From Saprolegnia diclina VS20 (taxonomy: Eukaryota), in contig NW_008246136.1 in NCBI RefSeq assembly GCF_000281045.1, forward strand, positions 258,137-294,325: 36,189 nucleotides of DNA, read 5' to 3'. Below are positions 1-12,207 of this stretch, one piece after another; the first letter of the stretch is position 1, and each line of letters begins with the position of its first letter. The notes under the pieces are model-generated. The model had not been told where the DNA came from and searched no databases. It saw only the letters and a list, made by a program, of their open reading frames with translations. Position numbers and translations under genes: made by a program.

Positions 1-3
1 TAG

Positions 4-321
4 GTGCTCACGGGCGGGCGCTACACGGAGAAGGCCGACATCTACAGCTTTGGCGTGCTCATGGCCGAGCTCGACACGCTCCAGGTGCCGTACGCAGACT
101 TGCTCGGCAAGGCGAGCGAAAACGGTTTCTCGAACGCGCGCCTGGCCATGATGGTTAGCGAAGGCGAGTTGCAGCCGTCGTTCACCGAGTCGATGCCGTC
201 GGAGCTCCTCGCGCTCGCCCGCGAGTGTCTCTCGTTCCACGACAACGACCGTCCGTCGGCGATCCAGTTGTCGTACAAGCTTCACAAGATTCTCAACGAG
301 AACAAGGCAGGCTACCAGTAG
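4..321 (+). CDS. Last exon of a TKL-family protein kinase (partial; gene starts upstream of the window)
   Basis: Follows an intron acceptor (tag at 1-3). Encodes VLTGGRYTEKADIYSFGV...DRPSA (kinase subdomains IX-XI); TAG at 319-321. Confidence 0.9.
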   Translation: MLTGGRYTEKADIYSFGVLMAELDTLQVPYADLLGKASENGFSNARLAMMVSEGELQPSFTESMPSELLALARECLSFHDNDRPSAIQLSYKLHKILNENKAGYQ

Positions 322-1015
322 ACTGGTCGGCCATGCCTTTATATTAACGTTGACACGAGAACTACTGTAGTATTCTCGAAGTCCCCTGGTGCTTATACTT
401 ATAGTTGCTACAATTGTACAAGATGCAGGACAGGCAGAGAGAGCAAACGCTTGGCAAATAATGCGTCTGTTGAAACTTCAAATTTATGCTCACAACCCTG
501 TCGCCAGACCAGGATTGCGGCCGCGCCACCAGGCAGCATCAACCAAGGGATTGTAACCAGCCCTGACGACGTTGATGTTTGAGCGACGGAGCAGATGTGA
601 GTTGTCGACGTGCTGTGCAGTGGGACGCAGCCACAATGCATCCATCGCGACCGCAAACAACGCCAGAGAAATAATGGAGCGATGACGTGCTGACGCACAC
701 GTACACCTTTGTGTCCAGCGAACGATGGTGTTCTCCAACAAATAAGGTATCTTTATCTGCGGAGAAGTAGGGAGCTGCGGTCACAGATGTGGTGTCCTGG
801 TATGGCTCTCGCTCGTCGAGCCTCGCCGACCAAAAGCACACACTTGGCCACTCGAAGTTCGAAGTAACAACCAATCCGTCTATACATTCACCAAGTGTGG
901 GCGCTCACTGGCTTCTCACGCAAGGTTCGAAATACCTTGGTGTTTGTATGCAAGGCTGTCGTGGGACAAACCCCGTGTTGCGGCCGTCGATCGCGTTCAA
1001 TTTTTGATCGTCGAC

Positions 1016-2781
1016 ATGCGAGGCGTCGTGTTCGTGGCCGCGCTCGTCGCGTCCGTGGCGGCCGACTGCGCGTCGCTCAAGGCCGCGTACACGCAGACCG
1101 CTGCGACGTGCCAGGCGGCGATCGCGCCCAAGAACATCACGCTCGGCATGGGCGCGCAGTTCTGCAACGAAACGACGTGCGCCGCGGCCGTCACGAGCGC
1201 CGCGGCATGGAAGGCCGGAAGCTGCGCGGGCACAGCCGACGCTATCAACAACGGCGTGTACCCTACGTCGTACTGCACGGTAATTGAGACTTTGCTCCGT
1301 GCAAGCAGCTCATGTCGGTGTGTAGGATTCGTGCCAGAAGCAGCTCTCGGCGTATGGGAAGCGGTCGACCGACTGTACCGCTGCGAACACGACGTTCGAG
1401 ATCAGCAGCTGCACACAGTGCGCCAACATCTTTGCAGCTCACCCGAACTTTCAGCAAGTTTGCGGCATCAACTTCCAGAACGCCGACGACTACATCAACC
1501 AGTTCCTCGCACAGTATGCGAGCTCGATCGCGTACTGCAAGGTGCAGTTTCCGAGCGTGGTTTTTCCGTCGCCGCCGCAGCCGGCGTCATCCGGCTCGAC
1601 AACGACGTACATTGGCATTGGCGCTGGTGTCGTCGTCTTGATCCTTCTTATTGTGGCCTTTATCGTCTACCGTCGCCGACAGAAGGCGGCAAGCAAGTCG
1701 AGTAACCACACGGGCACGGGTTACTACTCGAACAATGCGTCGTCGCAGTTCACGCACCCCAACGCGACCAACGGCGGCGCGGTTGCCGACGACATTCGCT
1801 TCGACATGGACCTTGCGCGCTTCCGCGTGCCCCAGCAGGAGATCCAAAACATTCAGCTGCTTGTCAAGGGTGGGTACGGCGTCGTCTTCAAGGCGACGCT
1901 GCACGGCACAGACGTGGCCATGAAGCAGCTTTTGCCGTCCAAGGCCAAGGACCACAACGCGATCCAGGTACATTTCTCCGTCTCATTCTCTGTTTCTGAA
2001 CTTTTGATGCAGGAATTCATGAATGAGATTCGCCTCTGCGCGCGCCTCGAGCACCCCAAGATCGTCAAGTTTGTCGGTATCTCGTGGTCGACGCTTCACG
2101 ACCTCGCGGTCCTCTCCGAGTTCATGCCGCACGGCGACGTCACGGACCTTCTCAAGGCGGAACGCAAGCGCCCGAAGAAGGAGCGTGTCTTCCACTGGCT
2201 TCCCTCGGGCGCGCACGCGACGACCAAGACGGCTGTGGCCGCCGACGTCGCGGACGCACTCTGCTTCTTGCACTCGTTCCAGCCGACGATCATCCACCGC
2301 GATCTCAAATCCAAGAACGTGCTTCTCAGCGCTACGTGGGAGGCCAAGCTCAGCGACTTTGGCATCTCGCGCGTCACGAGCAACGAGGAGACGATGACGT
2401 CCAACATTGGCACGGTCGCGTGGATCGCGCCCGAGGTACCGTCACGTATTATCGAGGTTAGGGTTTCTGATCCGAGTCCCTTAGGTCCTGACGGGCGGCC
2501 ACTACTCGGAGAAGGCCGACATTTACAGTTTTGGCGTCTTCCTCTCCGAGATGGACACTCTCGAGTCGCCGTACTCGAACCTCACCGAGCAGAACCAGGG
2601 CCAGGGTTTCTCGAACGCGCGCATTGCCATGATGGTCAGCGAAGGCGCGCTGAAGCCGTCGTTCACGGACAACATCCCGGGGCCGCTCCTTGCGCTCGCG
2701 ATGCGCTGCTTGGCGTTCTACGACATTGAGCGGCCGTCGGCGCGTGTTGTCGCGGACGAGCTGCGTCGGATCATGGGCTAG
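1016..2781 (+). CDS. Receptor-like TKL protein kinase: signal peptide, 12-Cys ectodomain, TM helix, kinase domain
   Basis: ATG 1016 (MRGVVFVAALVASVAA signal peptide). Introns 1280-1325, 1968-2012 and 2436-2484 (all GT-AG) give one frame. TM YIGIGAGVVVLILLIVAFIVY-RRR; kinase motifs KGGYGVV, VAMK, HRDLKSKN, DFG, GTVAWIAPE, DIYSFG. Confidence 0.92.
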
Positions 2782-2983
2782 GGCCGCTTTAATGGTCGCA
2801 GCAACTAATATCTCTGTGGTGTCTGTGGTGTATACGTCTCAGTCTCGCGACGGAAGATCACCATCGATGACGAGAGTACTTGCAGAAATGCTCGTTCTTG
2901 GAGTTGCCTGGATCGCAAAACCTCTCGAAATGCATCCCTGTTGTATCCAAAAGAGGTAATACTGCAGCATTCGATACGCGAGC

Positions 2984-5584
2984 ATGAGCATGCGGCGCCG
3001 GTGCACGGTCGCGACGCTGCGGGCGAGCTTCGCCCTCCTCTTCGTCCTGTCGCTCGTGCTCACGTGGTGCAGCCTCTACGCGGGTGGCTCCCTGCCACGC
3101 GCCACATCGACTCTAAGGCCGCCCAGCAATTTACGCGCCAGCACATCGGCGCCGACGGCCGGCGCGACAGAGCCTCCTGCACCGATTGCCAACGATGTGT
3201 ACCCTGACGTCGGCTTGCCACCCGACGTTCTCTTGGGGCGCGTCATTGGCAACGCGCTGCCGCCTCGGTACGGTCAGGCCTGGATGCGGCGAAGCTCATT
3301 CACCTGCCTTAGGCATCACCCGAACCGGACTCTCGCCAACATTCGATTCATCTTGGAGCACGAAGACCTCGATGACGCGCGTGTTCAGAGCCATTGGGTG
3401 CTTAACCGCATCCTGGATCCCGCAGTTGAGGCCGATATCATTGCCCTCCTCACGCTCTTTGAGGCCAAGTTCGTCAAGACGCCTTCTTTCTCACGACAAC
3501 GATGGTGACGATGCGCTTATGCTGTAGCTACTCGGTCATTCCGTTCGACGTGCGGGCGTACGCGGCTCAACCGTTCGCCCTCTTTGACGAAGACGACGGC
3601 ACGGACCACTTGCACGCGGAGACGGCGCTGGACGCGTGGAACTCGAAGCTCCTCGTCTCGAGCATTTACGACACGAAGAACTTGTATGCAATGAGCATCA
3701 ACCACGCGCGCAATGCCATACTGGACCTTGGGTGCGCCACGTTGTGCCATACCAATGAGGCACCGACCTACGTCGTAGGCATGCGCTTGGTGTGCGCTGG
3801 ATTTTGCCGTGGGACCAAAACTGCTTTCTCACGCGGTCGGCGTGGAAAACGATCCGCGCCGACTTGGATGCATACCAAGGTGCCATCTTCCTCTTGCATC
3901 AATCCCTCATCGGTTGGCGCAGACGACGCGAGTACCAAGTACGTTGTGACGTGGATGGACCGTCTCCGCGTTGAGAACGACGTCGTCTTGGTGCCAAACT
4001 ACACGCCGGACGCCTGGGAAGAACCGCAGATCATCTTTCGCAGCGACGCCGGCGAGCGCTTTGACGAAGCACTGCGGTAGTCCCCTGACTGCTCCACCCG
4101 CCAGCATCACCAGCGTGTGTAGATATGGGCGTCGGGACAAGGCTGCGCTTCTCGTGCGCCTCGGTGTGCCGGGCGTGTGGTTTGAGTGGGGCTGGAGTCA
4201 GTGGGAGCGTGCGCGTACGTACGAGAAGCCTGCTGTGGACTGCCCGTCGCCACCGCCGTCCTCGGGCTACGTTGTGCGTCTTTTCTCAGGCAAGGCTGTG
4301 TACGAGGGTCAAGCCAACGGGTGCAGCAGCTTCTCTTCATACCAATGTACATGTCGTTGTTCTTAGGTTCCACCGCGAGATGGCGCGCGCCGATGCAGTG
4401 ACGACGATGCTTGAGACATTGGAAGCGCGGGCGATGGTCGACGCCCTGCAGTACACACCAACCCGCCTCGTGCTGTACGATCCTGACCGGCTTCGGTCGC
4501 TGGCGCCGCTGGCCTTGGCGCAGGTCCAAGCCAGGGCTGAGCGCGCCATGCAAATGAGCAGTCCAGCACAGAGGTCGATTTCGGATCGCTCGATGTACAG
4601 TCCGGTAACATTATATGCTATTGGTGTCTGTAGCTCATGCAACGTTAGGACATGTCCAACGATGCGATCGAGCGCGAGATGCGCCGGCAGTTTGACGCGT
4701 TTGTCGACGCGACGGCTGCGCTTGTGTTTGGCTACCTCGCGAAGCGCGACGACATGTATGCCACCAAGGCGCTCATGCTCGTCCACGCATGGTTCATTCA
4801 AGACAGAACCAAAATGCAGCCAGGTACACCTTCAACTGGTAGCTACTCAGCGCTCATACATCACAGTGCCAAGTCTCAAGGTGACGCAATCACTGCCCGT
4901 GCTCTGTGACGCGCTTCGTTTGCTGGAGACGCAGGCGAGCAGCCTCTTCACGGCCGGTATCGCGATGCATGTGACAACCTGGATGAAGGAGTATCTCTCG
5001 GCGCTGGTGGACCCCGAGAAGGCTCGGAGCTGGTTTGTTTCGCGAGGCGCAACTGGTACGACCTCCTGGACGATGCTCGAATCACGGCTGGTGCAGGATT
5101 GAGCTACGATATGCAAGTCGCGACTCTTTCCGCGTACGTCAACGACCCGGCGCGAGCTCGGTACCATCTGCACACGGTGCAGTCGCGCCTCCTCGCACTG
5201 CCGACGGGAGACGACGCTGTAGAGCAATTGCGCCTGTATGTGCAGGTCGCCGCCATGGGCGTTTCAGCGGGCGCCGACATGTGGCAATTCGAGGCCCCGG
5301 CCAAGCCGAACGTGCTCTGCACCGCGGTGGCGGCGCACGTGTCGTGCTGTGACCCCACCACCGACCACATATGTGCAGCAGCCGCGACCAATGTATCGAG
5401 TATCTATGCTCGGGGGTGGGACCTCTTGGATGTCGCGCTGCGGCACTGCGACGCGTGGAGCGCAGCGTGCCCGCAAGTGCGCGACCGTGTGCGAGCGACG
5501 GTTGACAATGCAGCCCATTGGCAAGACCTCAGCGCGGCGTGGCTGGCGCACTCGATACCTCCGTACCCAACGCTATGGCAATAG
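2984..5584 (+). CDS. Type II membrane protein with a putative glycosyltransferase-like N-domain and a degenerate alginate-lyase-like (PF05426-type) C-domain; multi-exon
   Basis: N-terminal TM (FALLFVLSLVLTW). Spliced motifs RVIGNALPPRH, RFILEHE, LNRI, INHARN, WILPWDQNCF, EEPQIIFR and YGRRDK resemble bacterial/fungal 'alginate lyase family' proteins as I recall them. The C-part has YATKALMLVHAWFIQDRTKMQP and YDMQVA. Not all exon boundaries were resolved. Confidence 0.7.
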
Positions 5585-5700
5585 ATGTACAGTGCATGAT
5601 CAGGGTGTTTCGAGTGAAGCATAAATGGTCATTGCTCGTGATGGCGACAACCAGGTTGAGTGGCCGAGCGTCGACGAATGCTGCGTCAAGAGCTCCAGAA

Positions 5701-5733
5701 GGTGGGAGGGTGGGAGGGTGGGAGGGTGGGAGG
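5701..5733 (+). repeat. (GGTGGGAG)x4 tandem repeat / G-quadruplex motif
   Basis: ggtgggagggtgggagggtgggagggtgggagg: seven GGG tracts separated by single nucleotides. Confidence 0.9.
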
Positions 5734-6027
5734 TCTAGTAGAGTACCGGTAGAGCAGCACCTTGCAGGAGAGACTCGATCCTCCATATTTAAGCGGATTC
5801 TAAAAGACTGGGCATTCGATCCATCATGACGTGGCGGCTTGTGGGCTATACATCACACTATCTTGTACAAGGTTCATAACAATACTATTTTAAACAACGT
5901 GTACACTATTTCAACCATATTTTAAATGTAGTGAAAATATCTCTCCATAACTTGCAAAATGCACATACAAATACATAGTTGCAAGCAATATTAATATAAC
6001 AAAGAAAGATACCTCCACTCGGCGACG

Positions 6028-8513
6028 ATGGACGCGACCGCAGCGACGACTGCGGAGGAGCAGCCGTCGATGGAAGAAGCGCTGCCCGGTGGAGCCAAGG
6101 ACCAAGCCATGAAGGCTCCGCGGAAGATGGAAGCGCTGCGCAAGATGGACGAGGCCAAGCACCGGTCAGAGGGGGCGCGTTCCGCCATGACGTCCTCCAA
6201 GAGCATGGAGAACGTCGGCGCCAAGTTCTACGAGCTCACGGTCGAGGAGCGCCGGAAGAAGTACTCGATGAGCGCACGCAACTCGTCGTACTGGCTGAAA
6301 GTCGTCGCTCGGTCGCACTCGGACCTCTCGCTGCAAGCGACGGCGCCGATTGAGTCACCGCCCGTCGAGACTCTCCGCAGCAGCAGCTGGAAGACTGTCG
6401 AGTCCCAAGATACAATCGACGAGCCGAGCTGTACGAGCGTCGACGAGGCAGTCTTTGAGCACCAGCGGTACCAGCTTGTACTGGGCTGGGGTACGCCGAC
6501 CGCTCGCCATCTCTGTACCGGCGCATACATGATGCTGATTGCATAGGGTCCAAGGGCTGCCTTTTGCCTCTCGACCCAAAGAAGTATGCGACAGCGTCTT
6601 ACGAAGCGCAGTTTCCAGTCTTCCCGACGATTCCGCTGCCGTCGGAAGGCAGCGATGAGGGTTGCGGGCGCTGGGAGTGGGTCACGCCCTGGCAGATCCA
6701 TGTTCACGCCGACACCGACAACGATGGTAGTCACTTCATATCCCGACTTGGCATGGACGCCCAACTCTGGACACTTTAGGATGGCGCTACTCGACGAGCT
6801 TTAGCCATCTCCGACTCGAGTCAACGGCCTGTTTTGGCTACCACCGCAAGACGACATTTTGCAGGCGACGCAAGTGGGTGCGTCGGCGTCTCTTCGTGCC
6901 GCTGCACTCGCCGTCGATGCTGCAGCCATGCGGCATGGGTACGATGACGACGTTTCGTCTACCGGTGATTTCACAGAGTACTAGACGGTGTGCTTTTGGA
7001 GCGCAAGTGTGGTTGGCTTCACAAGCTCGGGCATCGGCGCAAGAACTGGAAGCACCGTTTCTTCGTTCTCGACGGGTCCGTCTTGCAGTACTACACGGAT
7101 GACGTCAGCAAAGCCAAGACCCCGAAACTGAAAGGCGAGGTCCTCCTCTTCCATAAAGACACGACGGTAACGTACTCGTCCATCATCGCGCACTGTACTG
7201 CACCTGTAGGTCCATTACGCCGACGAGCCTGCGACCGGCCGCGCCTTTTGCTTTGCGATCGATGCCGGCGCGTACTCTCTTTTGCTCCAAGCACCATCCG
7301 AACTTGATCGTGAAGCGTGGATTTACGCGATCGAAGACGCTATCTTGTGTCGCGACTCGTATTGTGCGCTCGACGACCAAGCGGCCGATGACAGGCGCAG
7401 CGAAGTCATGGTACGTTCCAAATGCAACGCTGTTATCCTACCCCTTGGAGTAGCGCCGGCGATCGCTGAGTGCGACGTCTGTGACGGCGTCCATGGGTGG
7501 TGTCCAGGACGACGACATGCACGCTTTGTACGACGCCATCGTGGGGCTCTACCACGATGCAACCGTACGCTCATAACCTGTAGCAAGGTCCCTTATCGAT
7601 TGGTAGTCGCATTTTGTCAAAAAGTACAAATTCCACTTTCAAACCACGAGCAAGACCGAGGCCGTCGAGACAAAGGTCGTGCGAGCCCTCAAGTCGTATC
7701 GCATGTTTGTCGAGCGCACGCTGGCCAAGGTAGTTGAGAGATGGCATGTATCATCATCACTTCCGGTGGTGTCTACAGGTCCTTGACCGGTTTTGCGAGC
7801 ACATGAAGCGCCAGGGCAACAAAGACGATGCGATTGAAGCCGTCTACTACAGCGCGCGCGAAGCATCCTTGGTACTCGTACATACATGCTCTGGAATGAA
7901 GACACACTTCTCACGTAGCGCTGCATTGAACGAGTCACTTTTCTCCCCCTTCACGTTTGGCGTCGTGTGACGCCGCAGCAGACTCATGGATGGCGTAGGA
8001 TCTTCTGTACTCGATGCTCCAACTTTCGTTGGCAGGCGGGGATGCTGCGCTCGCAGAGTTTGAGAGCCGTCGGCGCTGGCTCGCAGAAAAACCTCAGTCG
8101 TTCTTTGACATCCGACCTGCTCACATGTATGTACACATTTGCCTATTCACTTGTGTCTCATCGTCGATTGTCGTAGATCACCGAGCAACTGGGGCGCGTG
8201 CACAGACAAGCTCAATGCACTCGACGAGCACGTGTTGCCGTCGGAGAAGGGTCTCGCGCTCGTCGAGGCTGCCAAGAGTATTTACGCCGTGTTTCACGCC
8301 GAGCACACGAGCGTCAACGTCGAGCATCTTGCGGCCGACGACTTCCTTCCCATCTTCATCTACGTACTGTGCCAGAGTTCCCTCACCGAGCTGCCTCTCA
8401 CACGTCGCGTACTGAGCGAAACGACGATCTCATCCATCATGATTGGCGAAATTGGCTACTACACGACGATGCTCGAGGCGGCCGTCGAATTCGTTTGCTC
8501 ATATCACGGGTAA
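6028..8513 (+). CDS. DysF (dysferlin/Pex24-like) + PH + VPS9 domain protein, putative Rab5 GEF; multi-exon
   Basis: DysF: VFEHQRY..LGWG, WEWVTPW..D.DGWRY, RRRKWVRRR. PH: GWLHKLGHRRKNWKHRFFVL...EAWIYAI. VPS9: LAADDFLPIFIYVL, GEIGYYTTMLEAAVEF. TAA at 8511-8513. Confidence 0.88.
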
Positions 8514-8538
8514 CCTGGCTACTTGTTTCCGTTCTATC

Positions 8539-10236
8539 CTAGTCAAGTTTGGCACTGGCGCGGATGGCGTTGCCGGTCATGGCGCGCTTGATGGCCTGTC
8601 GCAGTCGGTTTACGAGCTGAACGCGCGCATTGCTGCTCCCGCCAACCAAGTCGTCTTCTGCGTCGTCGCTGGTCGCCCCTTCCTTGTCGTGTCGTACGGG
8701 GTACGCAAAGCGCTGGTTGATCTCGGGAATGAGGCGCGCGAGGGCCGGTGCCAATTGGTCCTTGGCGTGCCACGTCGCGAACCGAGGTTGGGTGTGCGAC
8801 TGCACGAGTGTCGCGAGTGTCTCCAGCACGAAGACAGCGTCGTGGAGCTAGGTGCTATCTCATCAGAGTTTAGAGGCATGCAGAGGTCGTACCGCACACT
8901 GAGCATCCAAGAACGAGTCGCACATGGAGGGAAAAAGACCGGGCAGCAGCTCAAAGAAGCGCGTCGGGTCGTTCGCGCTGCCACTCAGGAGCTGCGAGAG
9001 CGTCCAAAGCACATATTCAGCTGGATACAGTGCTTGAAAGCGGTCGTCGGCGCTCCATTTCACCATACTGGGTACGGCATGCACATACGAGCCGAAGCTG
9101 GCGTCCACGAGCCCACAGAGCACGAGGACGCGAAGCGCAGCCTTCGTCGCCTTGCCCTCGGGGTCGGTCGCGACGACACGCAGACACGCCCGCAAAATGC
9201 CGGCGTCAAAAAGGACGGGAACCCACACCATCGGTTGCTTCTGCACGCTCCAGAGGAGGAGCTGCGAAATCACAATGAGACTGTCGGCGCGGTCGTCCAT
9301 CGCGGCGCCATCGAAAGTGATTTGCCGCTCGATCTACGCAGGATAAGCCGCGCAGCCAAGAATGTCGCATCGCACCATGGGCACGAGCGGCTTGAGGATG
9401 GCGAGAATGGCTGACGAGGCCACGACGGATGCTGAAATGTCCTAGAATTTGATCGATACCGTGTGCATTACCAATGAAAAAGCACCTTGGAAGATGTGAG
9501 CTCGAGAAGCAGCCGAAGAAACGAGAGAGATGACACTTCTTCCATCTTGGCCACGTGCTCGGGCGTCGAGAAGAGCGATGCGAGCCGCTGCAAGATCGCC
9601 GGGCACGTTTGTGGGTGCTGGAGCATGCGGTCGCGGAGGACGTAAAGGTAACGCAGCCACTCCATCTGGAGCAACAACGATTCGTCGCTTGAGCGAGGCC
9701 GGTGCAGCAGCGAAGCTGCGATCGAGCAGCAAGCATCCGTGACCTGGTAGTAGTTCCAGTCGTCGTGCGTCAGCGCCGAGAGTGGCGAGTACGTCGTGTG
9801 GTAACACACGTAGAGTAATTTAGCGTCCTCAGAAGCAAGCGACTACGATCGACACATGAGCTGGCATGGGCAAAGCATTGCAAACCTCGAAGCGGAAGGC
9901 GTCGAGCCCTGATGGGACTTGGAATGGGATGCAAAAGCATTGCACGAGAACGCAGGCGGCGGCTGCGCTCATGGCTGCGTCAGTCTTCGCGGCAAGCTCG
10001 AGCGCGTTGAGGAAGAGCGGACGTGTCACTGGAAATTGCGACTGGTCGTGGCCATGCATACGCTCAGCGAGTGCGCGGAGGTCCGAGGCCGACGTCATCG
10101 GAAAGTCGAACTGCATCGCATCGTATGCATCCATCGCCACATCATGGGCACTCTTCGGGACGCGCTGCTCGGCCTCGTTTGCGGCCAGCGCCTGCGCCAG
10201 CGCCTGGACAAACTCGTCTCGGGACATCTCCGTCAT
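8539..10236 (-). CDS. Hypothetical helical (ARM-like?) protein; multi-exon
   Basis: Four consecutive minus-strand coding-like ORF segments (from MTEMSRDEF to RASAKLD-stop) separated by short intron-sized gaps. No family recognised. Confidence 0.65.
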
Positions 10237-10637
10237 GGTCCTCGCTCGCTCTGGTCGAAGTTGCACTGGTCTTTCAAAAAAAACCACCCAGGACCGTCAA
10301 AACGCAAATACCCTCTGAAATGTATGTCCATCTTTCTTGTCTGGTGGGTCCCCCCACCCAAGGTCAGATTTAAATGTACGGCAAGAAACCGATACGGACC
10401 ATTTGCGTGCTGAATCACGTCTAGCCTGCAGCACAGGGTAGCTGCAGCGAGGTAGTTCGTCCCTGTAGCGTCTACGACCCAAGAAAGGACAGGCAGGGTG
10501 TCGTTGTGAGCTCAGCGTCTCGGTCATTTGTTGTCAGCCGCGATGGAACTTTTTCAGCAAAGAAATGGTCCTTTGCAATATCAATTCTCGAAGGAAGTTA
10601 TCGCTCGGTTGGGGCCAGGAAACACCGACGCAGCGCG

Positions 10638-12093
10638 ATGGACGACGATGGTAGGTGCAGGAACGCAGCTTCAGAGGCCCGGTGGCATCGAGTGAAGCTT
10701 GTACCATGGCCATGCCATGGCCAATGCATACGGCTTACATGGCTCGTGGCTTGTAGATCAAGGCAAGGGCTACGCCTGGGAAGGCTCGTTCGAAAGATCG
10801 TGGGACGGGATTGAAGAGGACGAGAGCGGTGCGCTCAAGCTCGGCGCCTTCATGACGTCTTCGGGCGACAAGTCGCGCTTGCGTCGCCAAGAGATGCTGC
10901 AGCGCGTGCGCAAAGGTGTGCGCGCACTGAGCGGACCATGGCAGCTGATGCATCTTGGATCAACCTAGGCCTCATTCGCTACGTCTACGTCATCATCGAC
11001 CTCTCCAAGGGCATGAGCCAGAAGGACTGGAAGCCGCATCGCTGCGCCGTTGTCACGGAAGAGGTGCAACGCTTCGTGGCCGACTACTTTGACCAGAACC
11101 CAATCTCCCAGGTACGTGAACCTCGTCAACTTGCCTTTCCTACCTCGCGCATAGCTGGGCTTGATTGGTATCAAGAGCTCCGTGGCAGAAAAGCTCAGCG
11201 ACTTGTCGGGCAACCCGGGGCATCACATCGACATCCTCAAGCGCACGATTACTGTGCACGGCGAACCGAGCCTCCAGAACGCACTCGAGATGGCCAAGTC
11301 GGCGCTCAAGACGGTGCCGTCGTACGGCTCGAAGGAGATTGTCGTCGTGTACGGCAGCCTCACAACGACGGACCCCGGCGACATCTTTGCCACGATCGCG
11401 GCCCTCCAGAAGGACTCGATCCGGTGCTCCTTTGTGGGCATTGGCGCCGAGATGCACCTCCTGCGCCGCATCGCCAAGGTACGATTGTCATCGCATACAC
11501 CAGAGTCCAACGAACTGCAGGACACGCAAGGGACGTACTCGGTGGCGATGGACCCCAACCATTTTAAAGATCTCATCTCGGCCTTCACGATCCCGAGCCC
11601 GAGCCTCGCAACGTCGGCAACCAAATTCGCGACGCTCGTCGAGGTAACACCCAAGCTAGTCGCTCCACAAACTCAACGCGTCTCTAGATGGGGTTTCCTC
11701 AGCGACGCAGCGGCGCGCTCTCGCTGTGCGTCTGCCATCAAGTGTTTACGACCACGGGATACCTCTGTCCTCGCTGCAAATCCAAGAGCTGCGAGCTCCC
11801 GACGGTCTGCGCCGTGTGCAACCTGCCACTGGTATGCGCTAGTCCATGTCTCGCTCGCTGCAGATCACGTGTAGGTGTCATCGCCGCACCTCGCGCGGTC
11901 GTACCACCACTTGTTCCCGATCGCCAACTACGAAAAGCGCACGGCGGACGAGCTCACCACGCGCAAGTGCTTTGGGTGTCTCGGGGCGCTCCAGAACATG
12001 GGCTACGAATGCCCGACGTGCTCGCATGTGTTTTGCAACGACTGCGACCTGTACATCCACGACTCGCTCCACAACTGCCCCGGCTGCAAGTGA
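10638..12093 (+). CDS. GTF2H2: TFIIH subunit p44 / Ssl1
   Basis: GYAWE..ERSW, RKGLIRY, YFDQNPISQLG, GEPSLQNAL, GYLCPRCKSKSCELPTVCAVC, SSPHLARSYHHLFP, C-terminal FCNDCDLYIHDSLHNCPGC. Introns 10651-10756, 10916-10968, 11112-11154, 11479-11520, 11644-11687, 11832-11874. Confidence 0.96.
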
Positions 12094-12207
12094 AATACAT
12101 AACGAGTTTGCTATGCTGGCTCAGTATCGCAAGCCGCTGGCTTTAGCAATGCATCTACCTTGGACAACGCAGACGTGGCAAATGACGAGTTGTATGAGGC
12201 ACACGGC

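Noticed and set aside
8443..9414. 323-aa plus-strand ORF
   Set aside because: Antisense to a spliced minus-strand gene, with Arg/Gly/His-rich shadow composition.
10651..10756. Longer first intron of GTF2H2 as a snoRNA host
   Set aside because: No C box (RTGATGA) or D box (CTGA); only short ccatgg repeats.
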